Source: Lama glama (taxonomy: Eukaryota). Taken from it: DNA of 64,000 nt. Positions 50,586 through 63,887 of this stretch are shown here, in pieces. The position numbers and the translations under genes are program-made. The stretch is taken from assembly GCA_028534125.1 (NCBI GenBank), contig CM052816.1:68016001-68080000 (forward strand), written 5' to 3'. The number at the start of each line of letters is the position of its first letter. Position 1 is the stretch's first letter. A model generated the notes under the pieces. The model did no database searches, had not been told where the DNA came from, and saw nothing but the letters and a program-made list of their open reading frames with translations.

Positions 50586-51339
50586 AAGGGAATTTTATTG
50601 TGACACCATGCCTCAGGCCTTAACATTCAAGGTCCTGACATCTTTAAACTTGTCTTTTCTCCCTGGATGCCTTCTGCTACATGTGTCATGAGAACCATCT
50701 CCTGAGACACTGTCACATGGTTCCCTCGAGTTCAGATAAGCTTCAGTCACTTCCTGGAGAACACAGAGCAGTGTAGACCCACTAGGCAGAGAGGGGTTCT
50801 GAGTCCCACTCTGTTTCTAGAGAAAGCACACACAGAGCCTGTAGGACACTGCCTGAAATTTCTGCCTGACTGGACACATCTACAGGCAATTTAACAGTTG
50901 CCAAAGTTTCATCAATGTGCAGTCTGGGGACCCAAAGGCCAGGCAGTGTCAATCTGTGGTGACCAAGTTCAGAGGCTTTGAAGGAGCTCTTTGCCTGATC
51001 AAGGCCGAGTGCACCTGTGAGCCTGAGAGGTGCTATCATTTGTACACTATTACATGCTCGCCTTCCTGTAAGCTTCAAGGAAGCAGACATTTATGTCTCT
51101 GTTGAACTCCCTGAGGCTCAGACCACAGGCTGCCTGCCCCTTTCATTGTCACTCCAGTGGCCAGGGCCAGACCACCTGGGACAAGAAGGGGTGAGATGCA
51201 GAGGAGTGATTCAAGGAGAGGGTAGTATAGCTCTCACTCTGTTCCCAAGGTGTGGGTTCTTCCTTCAGCAGTTTCACAGCAGACACTTTTAGTTACTTAT
51301 CCCATATCCAGCTCTCCCCTACCTTACCAGCTTTGCTCA

Positions 51340-52136
51340 GGATAGTAAGATGGCCAGTTACCTACTTGGTTCTTAGGTGTTCTCACCTCTGGCAGGAGCT
51401 TGTGACATAACCTGAGCCAATAAGATGTAAGCTGAAGTCTGATTGGGACTTTTACTTTCCTGATAAAAGGGGACCCATGTGACTGGCACCACTCTTCCCA
51501 TCCTCCCCTTCCCTCTGCCTTGGACATACATATGATGTCTGGAAAGCAGCACCCATTATATAACCATGAGGCAACAAAGATGAGGACAAAGCTAAAATTC
51601 TAAGAGAGGTAGAGTTTAATTAATTCATTTATTCAACTAATGTTTACTGAGTGTTTCCTATGTGCCAGGCACTGTTGTAATTGCTAGAGATAGAGAAGTG
51701 AGCAAAGCATACAAAAGCCCTTGCTTTTTTGAAGCTTATATTTTAGTGGTGGTAGGAGAGAAAGACAATATATACTATATAATAGTAAAAGATACAGTAT
51801 GTCACATGGTGTTAAGTACTATAGAGAAAAGGAAAGCAGGCATTCAACTGGGTGGTACCTTGAATGCTCATGTAAGGACTGTGAGTAGAGCTGTAATGTG
51901 GTCTGACTTACATTTTAACAAGATTATTCTGTCTGTGGTACTGAGAATAAATTGAAAAGGGAAAGATTGAAAGAGCCAAGGCCTCTGATGGCATCAGTGA
52001 ACAGCTAAGCTAACAACAGTAACCATCTGCTTCCAGAGGTCTTGTTATCTGTGGAAAATGACTCCCTATTTTTTCAAGCTACTCCTAGTCATGTATTTTA
52101 ATCACCTGCAGCCAAATTCATTCCTAACTAATATAG
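51340..52136 (+). mobile_element. MLT1J/K-like LTR interrupted by an antisense L2 (about 51616-51962)
   Basis: MLT1 'gagccaataagatgtaagctgaagtc...accatgagg...gatgaggacaaagc' resumes at 'gaaagagccaaggcctctgatggcatc...tgcagccaaattcattcctaactaata'; the insert begins 'attcatttattcaactaatgtttactgagtg...tatgtgccaggcactg'. Confidence 0.65.
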
Positions 52137-52144
52137 ACAGTTAC

Positions 52145-52920
52145 CATCATTTATTGAGCACCTACTGTGTGCCAGGTGTTGTGCTGGGTCCTGGGGATAT
52201 AAATATGAAAAAACATGTAGTTCGTATTATCAAAGAGCCTTTCCAAGGACTTATAACTCAATTGTGAGAGACCAGTAGGTAAACCAGTTCACTGTAATAG
52301 GGCAATTGCTTTAGCGAAGTTTGTCTGGAAGATGGGTTGAGCATGGAGGAGAGCCATAAGCTGAGTGAAGGAGTCATGGAAGGCTTCAAGAAAGTTGAGC
52401 AGGTGTTTCTCAGGTGAACAAGTTAGTGGAGGGCATTCGCGTCAGGAGGAACTAACTGCCTGTGCAGCTCAGAACATGAAGTGTTCCAGGAAATGTAAAT
52501 AGATCATTATTCTTGGGAGAGTAGAGTTTGACTTGACTAGAGGGGAGGTGGTGAGTGGGAGGAGGATGGCAAGAAGCAATGGGAATTTAGGCAGGACATG
52601 GATGGGAGAGATGATGGAGGGTTTCATATGTGCTATACATGAATGTGATTTATCCTTTAGATAAATAGGGAGGCAGTGGAGGGATCATTCTGGCAGTAAG
52701 ATTAAAGACGACTTGTAGGGGAGTGAGAGAAAGTCGATGCAAGCATCCAGGAAACAGAAGATAACAACCTGAGCCAAGGCAGAGTTGGGGTGGAGAGGAA
52801 GGGATGCAGAATCAGTGGTCTGTATGGGATAAAAGACAAGGAGACGTTCCAGGATGACCCGACACATTGCATGTACCTCTGCCTGAATAGATAATATTTT
52901 TGGCATAGAGATCATGTGCA
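52145..52920 (-). mobile_element. L2 fragment
   Basis: 'catttattgagcacctactgtgtgccagg...' and degenerate L2 body. Confidence 0.75.
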
Positions 52921-53169
52921 GAGATAATGAACAGTTTAGTGGACTACAGTAAAGCATGATTGGCTTTGATAAGAGCCTATGGAGATTGTGTCTGGTGAAC
53001 TGACATCAGGAGATTCCATTCAGCCAGCTTTGTGGACGCCAGAGAGTAGTTCCTTACACCTAGTCCAGTGTGCTTGCCTTCTTCCCCGTGCCTTTATGAC
53101 CAGTCTTCTGTTTGAATACCAGTTATTCTCGAATGTCTTTTGTATTCATCAACATCGCTATGCATGGGT

Positions 53170-53380
53170 AATAATATTAACAATTACCATTGTCAGGAGA
53201 TTACCAATGACAGACATGTTACATATACTTTTAAAATTCCCTAATAGCCCTGTAAAGAAAGTATTATTAACTTGAGGCCCAAGAGGTAAGATGACTGCCT
53301 TAAGGCCACACAGCTAGTGAGGCAGAATGTGATTTACATCCTGGGCCACCTGACAAAGCCTATGCTGTTTTCACCTTGCT
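53170..53380 (-). mobile_element. MIR fragment
   Basis: 'tgaggcccaagaggtaagatgactgccttaaggccacacagctagtga'. Confidence 0.75.
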
Positions 53381-54869
53381 GCAAGGTTATCCACCTCATT
53401 TTAACCCATGGACCAGTCAAGACCCAGGGTTCTGTATTTTGTCCACAGTGATAGAGTCCAGTAAAAGTGTGACATTTACAAAGTACTTTCATATACATTA
53501 AACAGAAACTTTTTAAAGTGGGTTTTGCTGAATTTTCATGAAGGAATTTGGGTTTTGGTTCCAAAGTTTTTAAAAGACTAAAGAGTATGTATTAACAAAA
53601 CAAATTAAAGAAGCAGATTGCTTATTCTGATAAACCATGCTTTACAAAATAATCCAGCCAGTTGATTAGTAAAATTATGTAGCTCCTTCAGAGAGAATTG
53701 GATGAATCAGGAAGGGATGTTTCAGTTCCTTAACCATAGGGATATAGAGCTTCTTCGGAAATAAACATTCTAGAACCCAAACATCAACAGGACATATGGG
53801 TGATTGTTGGGATGATGGACGGGTAAATTCAGATTTTGTCCCTTATTCAGTGATGATGTCCCAATTAGTCTAGTAAGCGTCAACTCTGAATCACTGCTTT
53901 CCATCCTGGGAAAATGAGAAGGGATGGAGATACAAGAAAAAACTGAAAGTTGTTTTTTTCTTCTTGAGACTTTCAGAAGTGAAAGACATGGTTATTGATG
54001 CCCTCAGAGGTTAAAGCAGTATCATATATGTCAAGGATACTACTCAGGACCACAGAGTTTAATAGTTGGGCCTCAGAGATCACTTTGTCCAAACTTCACA
54101 GTTAACAGATAGTCAAATTAAGACCAAAGGAGTTTGTGACATGCCTGAGGTCACAAAGATAGCTAGCATGAGAGCTACCTCTGTCATGAGTCTGCTTGTA
54201 TTGCTGTTGTTTTTATTCAATAATTCATTTTAAAGTATGTAGTACATTAACTTGAGAGGGAATAAAAAGAGAACCTTGTATTTAACTCAGGAAAACAACA
54301 ACAACAAACCATAGAGATCTCAGCCTGTCATTTGGAAGGAGCTGATCATGGAGAGTTGTGACATGTGTGCCAGAATCTGCATAGCAGCACTTTTTAAATA
54401 ATAGTAAAATACGGGAAGCACCTTGAATTTCTATCATTGGAGGATAGAATGTATTAGGGTTCATCCACACAATGGAATATTTCACAACCATTAACATAAT
54501 AAGGCAGATCTGTGTGTAATTGATGTAGATATATTTCAGGTGAGAAAATCGAGGTATAGATCAATGTTATGCACTCCTTCAACAAGTTTTTTTTTACAGT
54601 CTCAGCTCAATGTGAGTTAACATAAAATAGTTTTTCCCAGTGATAGCTATAGTAGATACTATCACTTTGTTGTCCCAAATCTATTACATATTTTTTCCAT
54701 ATTTTAATATTTTCCCACAATTTAAATCCCAGTTTTCCAATGTAGAAGAAACAACAACCCTAACTGCCATTTCCCATGCCCCAAGTGTGAAGACATATAA
54801 TTTAGTTTCCATAAATAAGATGTACCTGCAAAAGATTTTGACTTAGAACTAACATTTGTGTAAAAAGGC

Positions 54870-55140
54870 AGGATGCGGAGCATCCACTTGTCCCCTCTCA
54901 GCAGAAGCAGTGTCTTGGAGCCAGAAGTTGTGGTCACTTTCTGACTTTTGCTTTTATTTTTATTTTTAACTGTGGTAATTAAACTCCTGAGATCAGTTCC
55001 TTCGAGCTCTACCTGGGGTCTATTGCCTCAACCATCTCAGTGGTTCTGTGAATTTTCCATATTCCTAAATAAATCCATTTCTGATAAAGCTAGCCAGAGT
55101 GGATTCTGTTGACTGCAACTAAGCACTGTCACCAGCATAA
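54870..55140 (+). mobile_element. ERVL LTR 3' part (LTR33-like)
   Basis: 'aataaatccatttctgataaagctagccagagtggattctgttgactgcaactaag'. Confidence 0.6.
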
Positions 55141-55689
55141 ATTCTTTCAGCCATACTCTGTCAAATTCTCCTTTAACATTATTAAATGATAACCTCATGC
55201 AGGTCTTGTAGTTTTAAATAAAAATTAATTTACCTTAGAATTTCCACTTTTGTCCTTTTCAAATCTTATATCCAGTTATCCACTCACATAAGACAGGTAG
55301 ACAGGCAGGGAGTGAGACATTAGTCACCCTTTCTTGCAGATACCCTCAAATTCTGCAAATGATTCCCTGGGTCTACTTCCCTCATTTGTTAGTTAGAGAG
55401 GTTTGGTAGAAGCCTTGCCTGAATGAGGATGGGTGAAGGCTGTAGAGTTGTTGGATGGGCCCTCACAAAGTAAACACTGCATTCCTCTTTTATTCTCCCT
55501 CCTCTCCAGCTGTGCTGTAAAGACTGGAAGAGTGGAGCTAGGATGATGGTTGGGGTAGAAGACCCAGTGCTTCAGCCTCTTGAAAATTCTTGAGAGAGAC
55601 GTCTAGAAATCCTCTTGAAAATACAGAGCACAGTTTGTTCTCAGATCTGGGCCTTTTTGACCAGCTACGTAGTGTCAGGAAAAGTCTCA

Positions 55690-56130
55690 TTCAACATCCT
55701 AATAATTTCTGGTTTCAAGTTTTTATGGGAGACACAAGCTGTCTCCCATCATAGAAACTGAACACTTACGCCACTTACTCTCCTAACTGCTTCTGCAGCT
55801 AGGATAGAGGCATATGATCTGGGCTTACCAGTCAGGACCCATGAGCTCTGGACTACAAAGTGCGAGTTGGTAATAAGAAGAAGTAGAAACAAGGGAGACC
55901 ATTCTGGTTATGAGTGGTTGTTATTTCTAGGGCTAGTTTCTAGAGCCAATAGAGACTTGCGGGCAACTTGTGGTGGTCAGTGGCCTGCAGCTGATGCAAC
56001 AGTGGGTCACAGGATGGGTGAGAGGTGTGATGATGGCTATGTGCTAGTTATTGTCTCCTCTCTTGTTCTTTCCTATTGTGTTTCTCCACTCTTACTTTCA
56101 CTTCTGTGAGTTTCCCAATAACCTTTCCTG
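55690..56130 (+). mobile_element. ERVL LTR (LTR33-like), truncated by L1
   Basis: 'tgcagctaggatagagggcatatgatctggg...ttctgtgagtttcccaata' parallels the element at 2020-2557. Confidence 0.5.
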
Positions 56131-56960
56131 GTATAAGCATTTAACATTATGCATTTTCCTCTATGCACTGCTTTAGCTGCATCCTACAAATTTTGTGTTT
56201 TAATTTTTATTCAATTGAAGATACTTTCCAGTTTCCCTTGTGAGTTCCTCTTTGACTTATGGGTTGTTTAGAACACATTGTTTAATTTCCAAATATTTGG
56301 GGATTTTAAAGATATTTTTCGGTTATTGATTTCTTTAATTCTGTCATGATCAGAGAACATAGATTGCATGATTTCAAGTTTTTAACTTTTTTCAGGTACT
56401 GCTATTGTAGGTGAAGTCATCTATAAGTATCAATTAGATCAAGTTGATTGATAGTGTTGCTTAGGTCATCTACATCCTTATTAACTTTCTCGCTGTTTGT
56501 TCTCTTGATTACTGAGAGAAAAGTGCTAAAGACCCCAACTATAATTATGGATTTGTCTATTTCTCCTTTCAGTTTTGCCAGTTTTTACTTCATGTATTTT
56601 GAAACTGTCTTATTAAATGCATATACATTTAGGATTGCTATGTCTTCTTTATGAATCAACCTCTTTATTATAATGTAATGAATGTCCATTTATTCTTGGC
56701 AATAATTCTTTGTCCTTAAGTTTACTTTGATAATACAGATACTTTGGCTTTCTTTTTTTATCAGTGTTTGATAAATGTTTGTTCCTCTTCTTTACTTTTA
56801 ATCCATGTCTTTAGATTTAAAACAGGTTTCTTGTAGGTAGCATATAGTTGAATCTTGCTTTTTTCTTTTAATCCAATCAGACAATTTCTGTTTTTAAATT
56901 AGTGTGTTTAGATTACTTAGATCTGATGTGATGATTGATATAGTTCAATTAAAATCCATT
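56131..56960 (-). mobile_element. Old L1M ORF2 (endonuclease region) fragment
   Basis: 'gcactgctttagctgcatcc...tttaatttccaaatatttggg...ccaactataattatggatttgtctatttctcctttcagtt...aggtttcttgtaggtagcatatagttg'. Confidence 0.88.
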
Positions 56961-57073
56961 GCCTTTTTTTATAGCTGCTTTTGGATTTATGACTATTTTA
57001 TCCTGACTTTGAAATTATTTTTATCATAGGAATTTATTTTCTATTTAGACTGATAGATAGGCAAGTAGATAGA

Positions 57074-57456
57074 TGATGGAATGAATATTTGTGTGTCCCC
57101 ACCCCTACCCCCACCAATTCCTATGTTGAAGCTCTAACCCCACAATGTGATGGTATTTGGAGGTGGGGCTTGGGAGGTAATTAGGTTTAGATGAGGTCAT
57201 GAGGGTGAGGCACCCCTGATGGAATTGATGTCTTTATAAGAAGGGGAAGAGAAACTAGAACTCACTCTTTCTCCACTATATGAGGACACAACAAGAAGAT
57301 AACAGTTGGCAAACCAGGAAGAGGGCCCTCACCAGGAACTGAATCTACCAGCACATTGATCTTAGACTTCTCACCCTCCAGAACCGTAAGAAATAACTGT
57401 GTTTAAGCCACTCAGTCTATGTTACTTGGTTATGGCTGCCCAGGCTGACTAAGTGT
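57074..57456 (+). mobile_element. MLT1A/MLT1A0 solo LTR
   Basis: 'tatgttgaagctctaacccc...gtgatggtatttggaggtgggg...aattaggtttagatgaggtcatgagggtg...ccaggaagagggccctcacca...gtttaagccactcagtct...gctgactaag'. Confidence 0.9.
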
Positions 57457-57457
57457 G

Positions 57458-57496
<39 letters not shown>
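57458..57496. repeat. (TAGA)n STR
   Basis: Perfect tagatagataga... run. Confidence 0.95.
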
Positions 57497-57524
57497 TTTT
57501 TATTATTGCTTTAAAGAAGAAAAT

Positions 57525-58065
57525 GTTACCCTTAAAACCAGAAATTTCACTTCTCAGTACCTATGCTAGACAAAACACTGGCACATATGGCCCCAAAAAG
57601 TATGTACAAGGGGATTCCTCATAGCATTATTTGCAATAGTGAAAAACTTTTTTAAATAATTGAAATTTCCATCTTTTGAAAATAATCAAACTACTATACA
57701 TCCATTCAATGGAAGACTATACTTTCATTAAAAAGAATGAGATCAATAAATAGGTACTGATGTGAAAAATGGGTCCAATGTATATTCTTAAGTGAGAAAA
57801 ACTAGTTGTAGTACAGTATATAGAATATACAATTTATGCATTAAATGAAAACCCCCACCAAACAAAATAAATGCTTTCTTATATGTGAATATATGTGCTT
57901 GTGAGTGTATATGCTTAGAAAAAGGATATGTAGTGGATGAATAATAAGGATGCACAGTGAGAGAGCAGTGTAGGGTTAGGGGAGTAGGCAAAGAGGTTTT
58001 GATTTATCTGTATTGTTTTAACTTTTATCAATGAGAATCTATTACTTTTGTAGTTAAAAATTAAT
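57525..58065 (+). mobile_element. L1ME-type 3' region
   Basis: 'tagcattatttgcaatagtgaaaaac...tacatccattcaatgga...attaaaaagaatgag'. Confidence 0.75.
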
Positions 58066-59319
58066 TCATTGTTATGATGAGTGGTAATTAGGATTATAGC
58101 TTGTAAAGAAGGGGAGAAAAGGAAAGAAAGATATGCATTTAAGTCAGGAAAAAAATTCTTTAAGTTTGTCTTACTCATTTCATTAGTGGTAGGAGATTTT
58201 GGAGTGGGGAAGCAAAAATTATCTTCTGCCTTTTGTCCTACAACACAACAACAAAAAGCATGTTGAGTTTCCAGGGAGCACACAGTGTCTGGGGTGTGTC
58301 CCAGTGTGTTTAGTTATACTCAGTCATGCTGAGACATTGCTTTTTGCCCATGAAAGGAAGAATTACAACATCAAATCTGGATCGTTCTCATTTCCAAACA
58401 GCCTCATAATGTCAACAAGAGACTGTCAATCTCTTGCTCTCTCCCTCTCTCACAAACATTCCCTGGAACCCAAGCCAATAGTCAAAAACAGATGTAGGCA
58501 GGCACTGTTTTGACAACACTGGAAACGCCTGTGATTAGGAGTCAGGAGAGCATAAAAGTGATTAATATACTCCTAAAAGAACAGGGAGCATGCCTCCAGG
58601 AGAGATTGTTGGATGTGTGTCCTTGCTTGTATACGTTCTCTCAGATCCAAACAAGAGCACATGCTCTCAGACAGAGTTCTCCTAAGCAGCCTTTTGCCGA
58701 GTGTTTCTTGTAGCATTTTCATCTTGGCAAGGCAGGTGGAAGGTTCTTGGAGGATGAGGGAAAGGCTGGAGGATGGCAAAAGAAGTGCAAAAGTCTCCCT
58801 CCCACCACAAATACATAATCTTCAAGCAACAAAGTGAATGTTGGTATCTTTTTTAAACCAACAAACAAGCATTTTCTGAATTTAGCAGTGAGCCATGGGC
58901 TATGGCAGTTGACTATACAATTACTACTTCTTAATTTATGAGACAGAAAATCTTTGTTTAGTTCTTTGTACATAAGTCAGGGTTGCCCTTTAATTAACTT
59001 TAATTATGTGTCCATCACTTTACAAGTGGTTGTCTTTTTCCCATAAATATATCCTGTTGTGAGCAGTGTAAATTCCAAAGGACTGCACCTCAGGGGAAAA
59101 ACGAACCAGAAAAAAATTGCACCGACCAGCATAGGGAAGCTTGTCTGTCTCAGCCAGAGCTCCATAGAGGGACAGAAGTTTCCCTGATAATTTGTACTCA
59201 CAAACCTCTACTTCATGAGTTTGAGGAAACTCTAGATGAGAAATTATGTTAAAGATTGGTCTTGTGGTACACCAGGGGTACCTGATAAAAGTAAAAGGAA
59301 AGTCTGCACAGATCCACAA

Positions 59320-60270
59320 ACAAAGTTCTCCTGAAGATAAGCTCACAATCTAAAATTACAAACTGTCAAGGAAAGAATCCTCCAAGAGATAAAATTAGGC
59401 ACAAAACAAATAGGATTAGGACCTAAGAACTTCAAATAACTTAATAGTTTGATTAATAACTTAACATGAATAATTTTGTGATTAAGAACTTAAAAAGAAA
59501 AAAATCTTAACTATAAGAAAAGACACCAAAAAAATAAAAAAGGAAAGAGTGAGCAGGATGGAAAAGATAAAATTAGATCCATACTTCACTATGTATACAA
59601 AATAAATTCCAGATATATTAGGATTTAAATGTGAAAAAGGCCAACTTTAAAACTTTTAGAAGAGAACATAGGAGAATGTTATTATGACATTGGAATAGGG
59701 AAGGGTTTCTTATATGAGACACAAAAATCATAAACCATAGGAGAAGATAGATAAACTTTATTAAAATGAAAAACTTCTGTAGAAAAAAGATACTATTAAC
59801 AAAGTAAGAAGAAAAAAATAGTCTGGGGAAGATACTTGCACCCTATATATATAAAGAAATTCTACAATTTAATAAGAAAAAGGTAGTCAATCCAATTGAA
59901 AAGGATATTAACAGTTTACAGAAGAAGCAATATAAATGGTCAATAAACATATGAAAAGATGCTCCAGTTACAAATAATCAGGAAGTTGCAAGCAACAACA
60001 AAAGTTGACAAGGATGTGAGGAAACAGGAACACTTATGCATGTGAGTGAAGCATATGTTAGAATCACCACTGTGGAGAGAAATTTGGCAACATCTAATGA
60101 AACTGAACACAGGTACATACCATCTCTCCCACCTGTCCACAAAAAGACTGGTGCGCAGTGAAAACCAATTAACTTAGCCTGAGAAATTGAAAAATGTCTA
60201 CACTGATGTACGTGGAGACAACTATTTTTCAGAATAACTTTTAAAATGCCTACTGAACCTGCCAACAAGA
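59320..60270 (+). mobile_element. Old L1M fragments (ORF1-like, then ORF2 3' region)
   Basis: 'tatacaaaataaattccaga...aaacttttagaagagaacataggaga...ataaacatatgaaaagatgctc'. Confidence 0.75.
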
Positions 60271-60635
60271 AGAGAACAGCAACTAATTAAAATTATGTAT
60301 TTCAAAACAAGTGGGCATCAGAAGACCTTCTTTAGAAGTGTAGACGCTACAGTGTAGCCATTTGGGTTTAATAACTAAAGATAACAAAATTTAGAGACAA
60401 GAAGAGAGGAGCCAAGTAGCTTATGAAGTCAATATGGAAAGACAAAATAAACCAGCTCCCGAAAATGTCTCAGTCAGCAATCAAATTTATTCAAAAGTGC
60501 AATAGTGAAGTCAGATTTTGCAGTGGAGGCTAATCATGTGGTTCTTAAGATTTTAGCTATAAGACGAAACTCAAATGCTTAAATAGAGTTTGCAGCTCTT
60601 ACATTTCCTGATTTTTTAAAAAGTTCTGTTGCTGT

Positions 60636-60686
60636 TGTGTGTGTGTGTGTGTGTGTGTATGTCTGTTATATATGTATATATATATT
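60636..60686. repeat. (TG)n followed by (TA)n microsatellite
   Basis: tgtgtgtgtgtgtgtgtgtgtgtat...tatatatgtatatatatat. Confidence 0.9.
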
Positions 60687-61934
60687 TAACTCTTAAGCAT
60701 TTTATTTTTCTTGAGTTCTACCTTGTGTAGAGGTTTGTTCAACACTGCCCTAAGTATAACTGTGTTGTTATAAGACAAAGGCTTTAAAGGGAGGGGATTC
60801 ATCCAACCCAGCAATGTTGGAGGTGGTGAGAGCATTTGCAGGAACAGTGGGCTTTTTGTTAAGTCTCAAAAAGTTCTCCCCAGCATCCAGCCATGATCAT
60901 AAGGGCTTCCATGGATTTGCCTGTTTTTAAGCCCAATCATTGTAGACATATAGAAAATAAGAACTCACCCTAATGATTCTGAGGAATGACCAAAAGAAAG
61001 CTATTTTTCTGCTGCCCCTAAACCTGTGCACATGTATACTTTTGAATGAAGGGACATTTGGTCTATGTGACTAACTGGAGATCCTTCATGAGGTTTCACT
61101 CTGGGAACACATGGCCCTAGGGTAAGGGGCCTTCTCTACCCCAAAGAGCCAGGATGTAGCCCTGAGACTTTATTTGGTCAGGTAAGAAAGTTAAAAGGAT
61201 TAAATAAAGAAATAATGCGTGTGAAGGGAGAGTTTGCACAGGGTTTATGATTTGCTCTACTTGCAATGTTCCTTCAGCAATTTGGGGATGGAGTGTGGGG
61301 GTGGGAGTGGGGACTTGGGCTCCTTTTTTACTCAGCCTGATGACTGATGAAAATGATTGCCCTATTCTAGTCTAAATTAAATGTGGATGAGGTCTTGGAG
61401 TGACAGCAAAGTGACAGCTGCCCTTTCAGACCCTGGTCTTCAATGTTTCCCTGGTTTTCAGAGAGGACAAGGAGAGATAACTAGGAAAAGGAAGCCTTAT
61501 TATTATAATAATGTCAGGGCTGGGGAAAGGGAGGTAGAAGATGTTTATGGGCCTTTGAAAAACAGTTTGTCAAGTCAAGTTCTTCAGGCTGATAGGAAAC
61601 AAAGGCATGCTTTCAGGAGCCCTTGCGCAATATAAGATGCCTTTGATACCTGCTTCATCAGGAGTGACTGCTTGGAACACTGGATGTGCTCATGTGGGTC
61701 TCAGCACACAAAGGGCATTGGGTGGGCATTCTAAGTGGGGGAGCAATGTACCTTTTAAGGCTTCACCATCTTGTAATACTCTACAAATCCTTCCTAGCCT
61801 TATCAACTGCCACTGCCTGAACATGCCTTTCTGTTGGTAATGCCTCATGTTCTGAACCCTGTGAGCACACTCATGGTGAATATGGCCTGCCCCTTTTCCC
61901 CAGTATCTCTTAAGATTTGCCTCAAGGTCATGGT

Positions 61935-62085
61935 ATCAGAGCATGTTTGAGCTGGAAGGAAATGTAGCATTCTTCTGTCTAAAGAAAACTTTTCAAATAA
62001 GGAAACAAGGCCCAGAGAGGTGAAATGACTTGCTAAGCTAGTCACTGAAAGAGCCAGCTTCAGAAGTAGCTGTCTAGACTCAGTA
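61935..62085 (-). mobile_element. MIR fragment
   Basis: 'aaataaggaaacaaggcccagagaggtgaaatgacttgc'. Confidence 0.75.
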
Positions 62086-63723
62086 TTGTGCTGGGCCCCC
62101 TACCTGCCAATGTCCAGGGATAGAGGATATCCTGGGTCTGGGAGAAATCCTTGTCCTCCCTCTCAGGTCCTCATCACTTCCACTGTCCCCACTGCCTCAC
62201 CATGCCCCAGGCCACTTACAACCTATTAACACTACTGACTTTAAGAGACCTAGAAATCCCTAGGCCATGAAGATGTCCTGGTTAGGAACAAAACCAAGTA
62301 CCTGTAGACCTGGCAGTCCAGTTACATCTCTATACAGTTTAATTATAAAATACTCTTTGTGACTAAAATATGGGGATAGGTTATTCTGTTTCTTAAGAGC
62401 CAGTTTTCCCCTCTTGCCTGGTACCTCCCCGGCATAAACAAGGCATTTCAGCTCATGAACTCCTTTAGCCAGAGTGGATCTCTAGGTGTATTGCAGGAAA
62501 GCACACTGAGACTTCATAAATATTTCCACTGGGGAAGCTAGGATCCAGGAACTCTTAGAAAGGCAGCTTAGCATTGGGTTGGAATGGAGTTTCTTGCTGA
62601 AAGTTCTGGTTCTCATCATGTTTTTCTCAGCGTTTGTTTATAAAATGTGCAGATTTTGTGTTTTCAGCTTTAAAAAAAATGCATTAATTGCCTTTGGGGC
62701 CATGGGCGGTGCTATTTAAGTTCCTTTAAAAGGCAGATCTCTCAAAGATAGGGTTTGGCTAATTAGAGCCAGAGACCAGGGTAGAGCAGGACTCCTGTTA
62801 CTCCTCCTGGGATCCTCTACCCCTCTTTCCCTCTGCTGTCCAAAAAGGCAGGAGGGGAAGCGTGAGATTATTTATCTATTTGCCAATCTATGGCGTATGG
62901 GATGAAATCATTGATAAACACTGTTACACAGTCATCATAAATAAGAAGCAAATCCCTCTGTATCTAACAGTTAACACATTGTGGTTGACAAACAGACTGG
63001 CCATTTCCCAACTGAGACGCATCATACAATTTTTACAAAGAGTTGAATTAGAAACATTCGTTACAGGCTGTACTTACCATGCCACATTATTTCCCACTGC
63101 TCCCAATGCCGGCCTGGGGTTCTCCTGTGCAAGCCTCTCCCTTAATCCCCACTGTGATGTGCTAGTTCCTGTCTCTGCCTTTCCTCATGCTTCTCCCTCC
63201 TACCTGGAATGAGCGCCCCATTCTCTCCCTTCCTCTCTGGTGGAAACAAGCCCTGCCTCAGCTCCAGTCCACTTCCTCAGGGTCATTTCTCCAGTCAGAT
63301 GCTCTCTTAGCTAAATCTGTCCACATTTATAGTCTCAGCCCCTCACTACAGTAGACAGCTACTGGCCACTGTGTTATTCATCCAGTCTCTTTCCTCTTCT
63401 CCTGATGATGTTACCTCTTCCTTCTTTGGGTGAACTGTGCACCATCCATTCCATGGGGTTTCCCTGATGTACATTCCAAGAATCCTCATTTCTAATTCTC
63501 TTACATTTTTTCAGTGGTCTCCCCAACAGAGTGAAAATTGTTCAAGATGGGGACTGTGTCTACAGGGCTCATTGCTATGCCCTCCTTGCCCAACTTGCTG
63601 CCTGGCACATAGTCGGAGACCAGGGGGGAATGTTTACAGTAGGAAATAACAAGGGGTTGGAGCTTCCTGGCTAGCAAAAGACAGAAAATTTCTTATTCAA
63701 TTAATTAAGACAGAACTTCACTT

Positions 63724-63887
63724 TTACACAGACAGGTCAGTGCTGTTCTCATCCACACATGTGGACATTTTTCTTCTCTGTACTTTAGTTTGACCATGAT
63801 TATGAGGCCTGTAGAGCTGAACCCCTTTGTAGACCAGATGTTCTAGGAGGAAGCCGGAAGCTGCAGTGCAGACACTGGACAGAGCTT
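63724..63887 (-). other. Candidate exon of an unidentified minus-strand transcript, downstream of an 85-nt intron (63888-63972)
   Basis: Acceptor cttccccttgtttcccacag|AA and donor CAA|gtgagt; open frame to TAA at 63724; no recognisable protein. Confidence 0.35.

Noticed and set aside
55576..55622. 12-bp direct repeat cctcttgaaaat around 23 nt
   Set aside because: No poly-A or recognisable insert; most likely a decayed local duplication.
55718..55760. Hairpin atgggagaca/tgtctcccat with short extension
   Set aside because: Inside an LTR33-like element; short, with no independent support.
62704..62730. GC box plus TATTTAA promoter-like pair
   Set aside because: No CpG island or downstream exon evidence; the motifs are too short to be significant.
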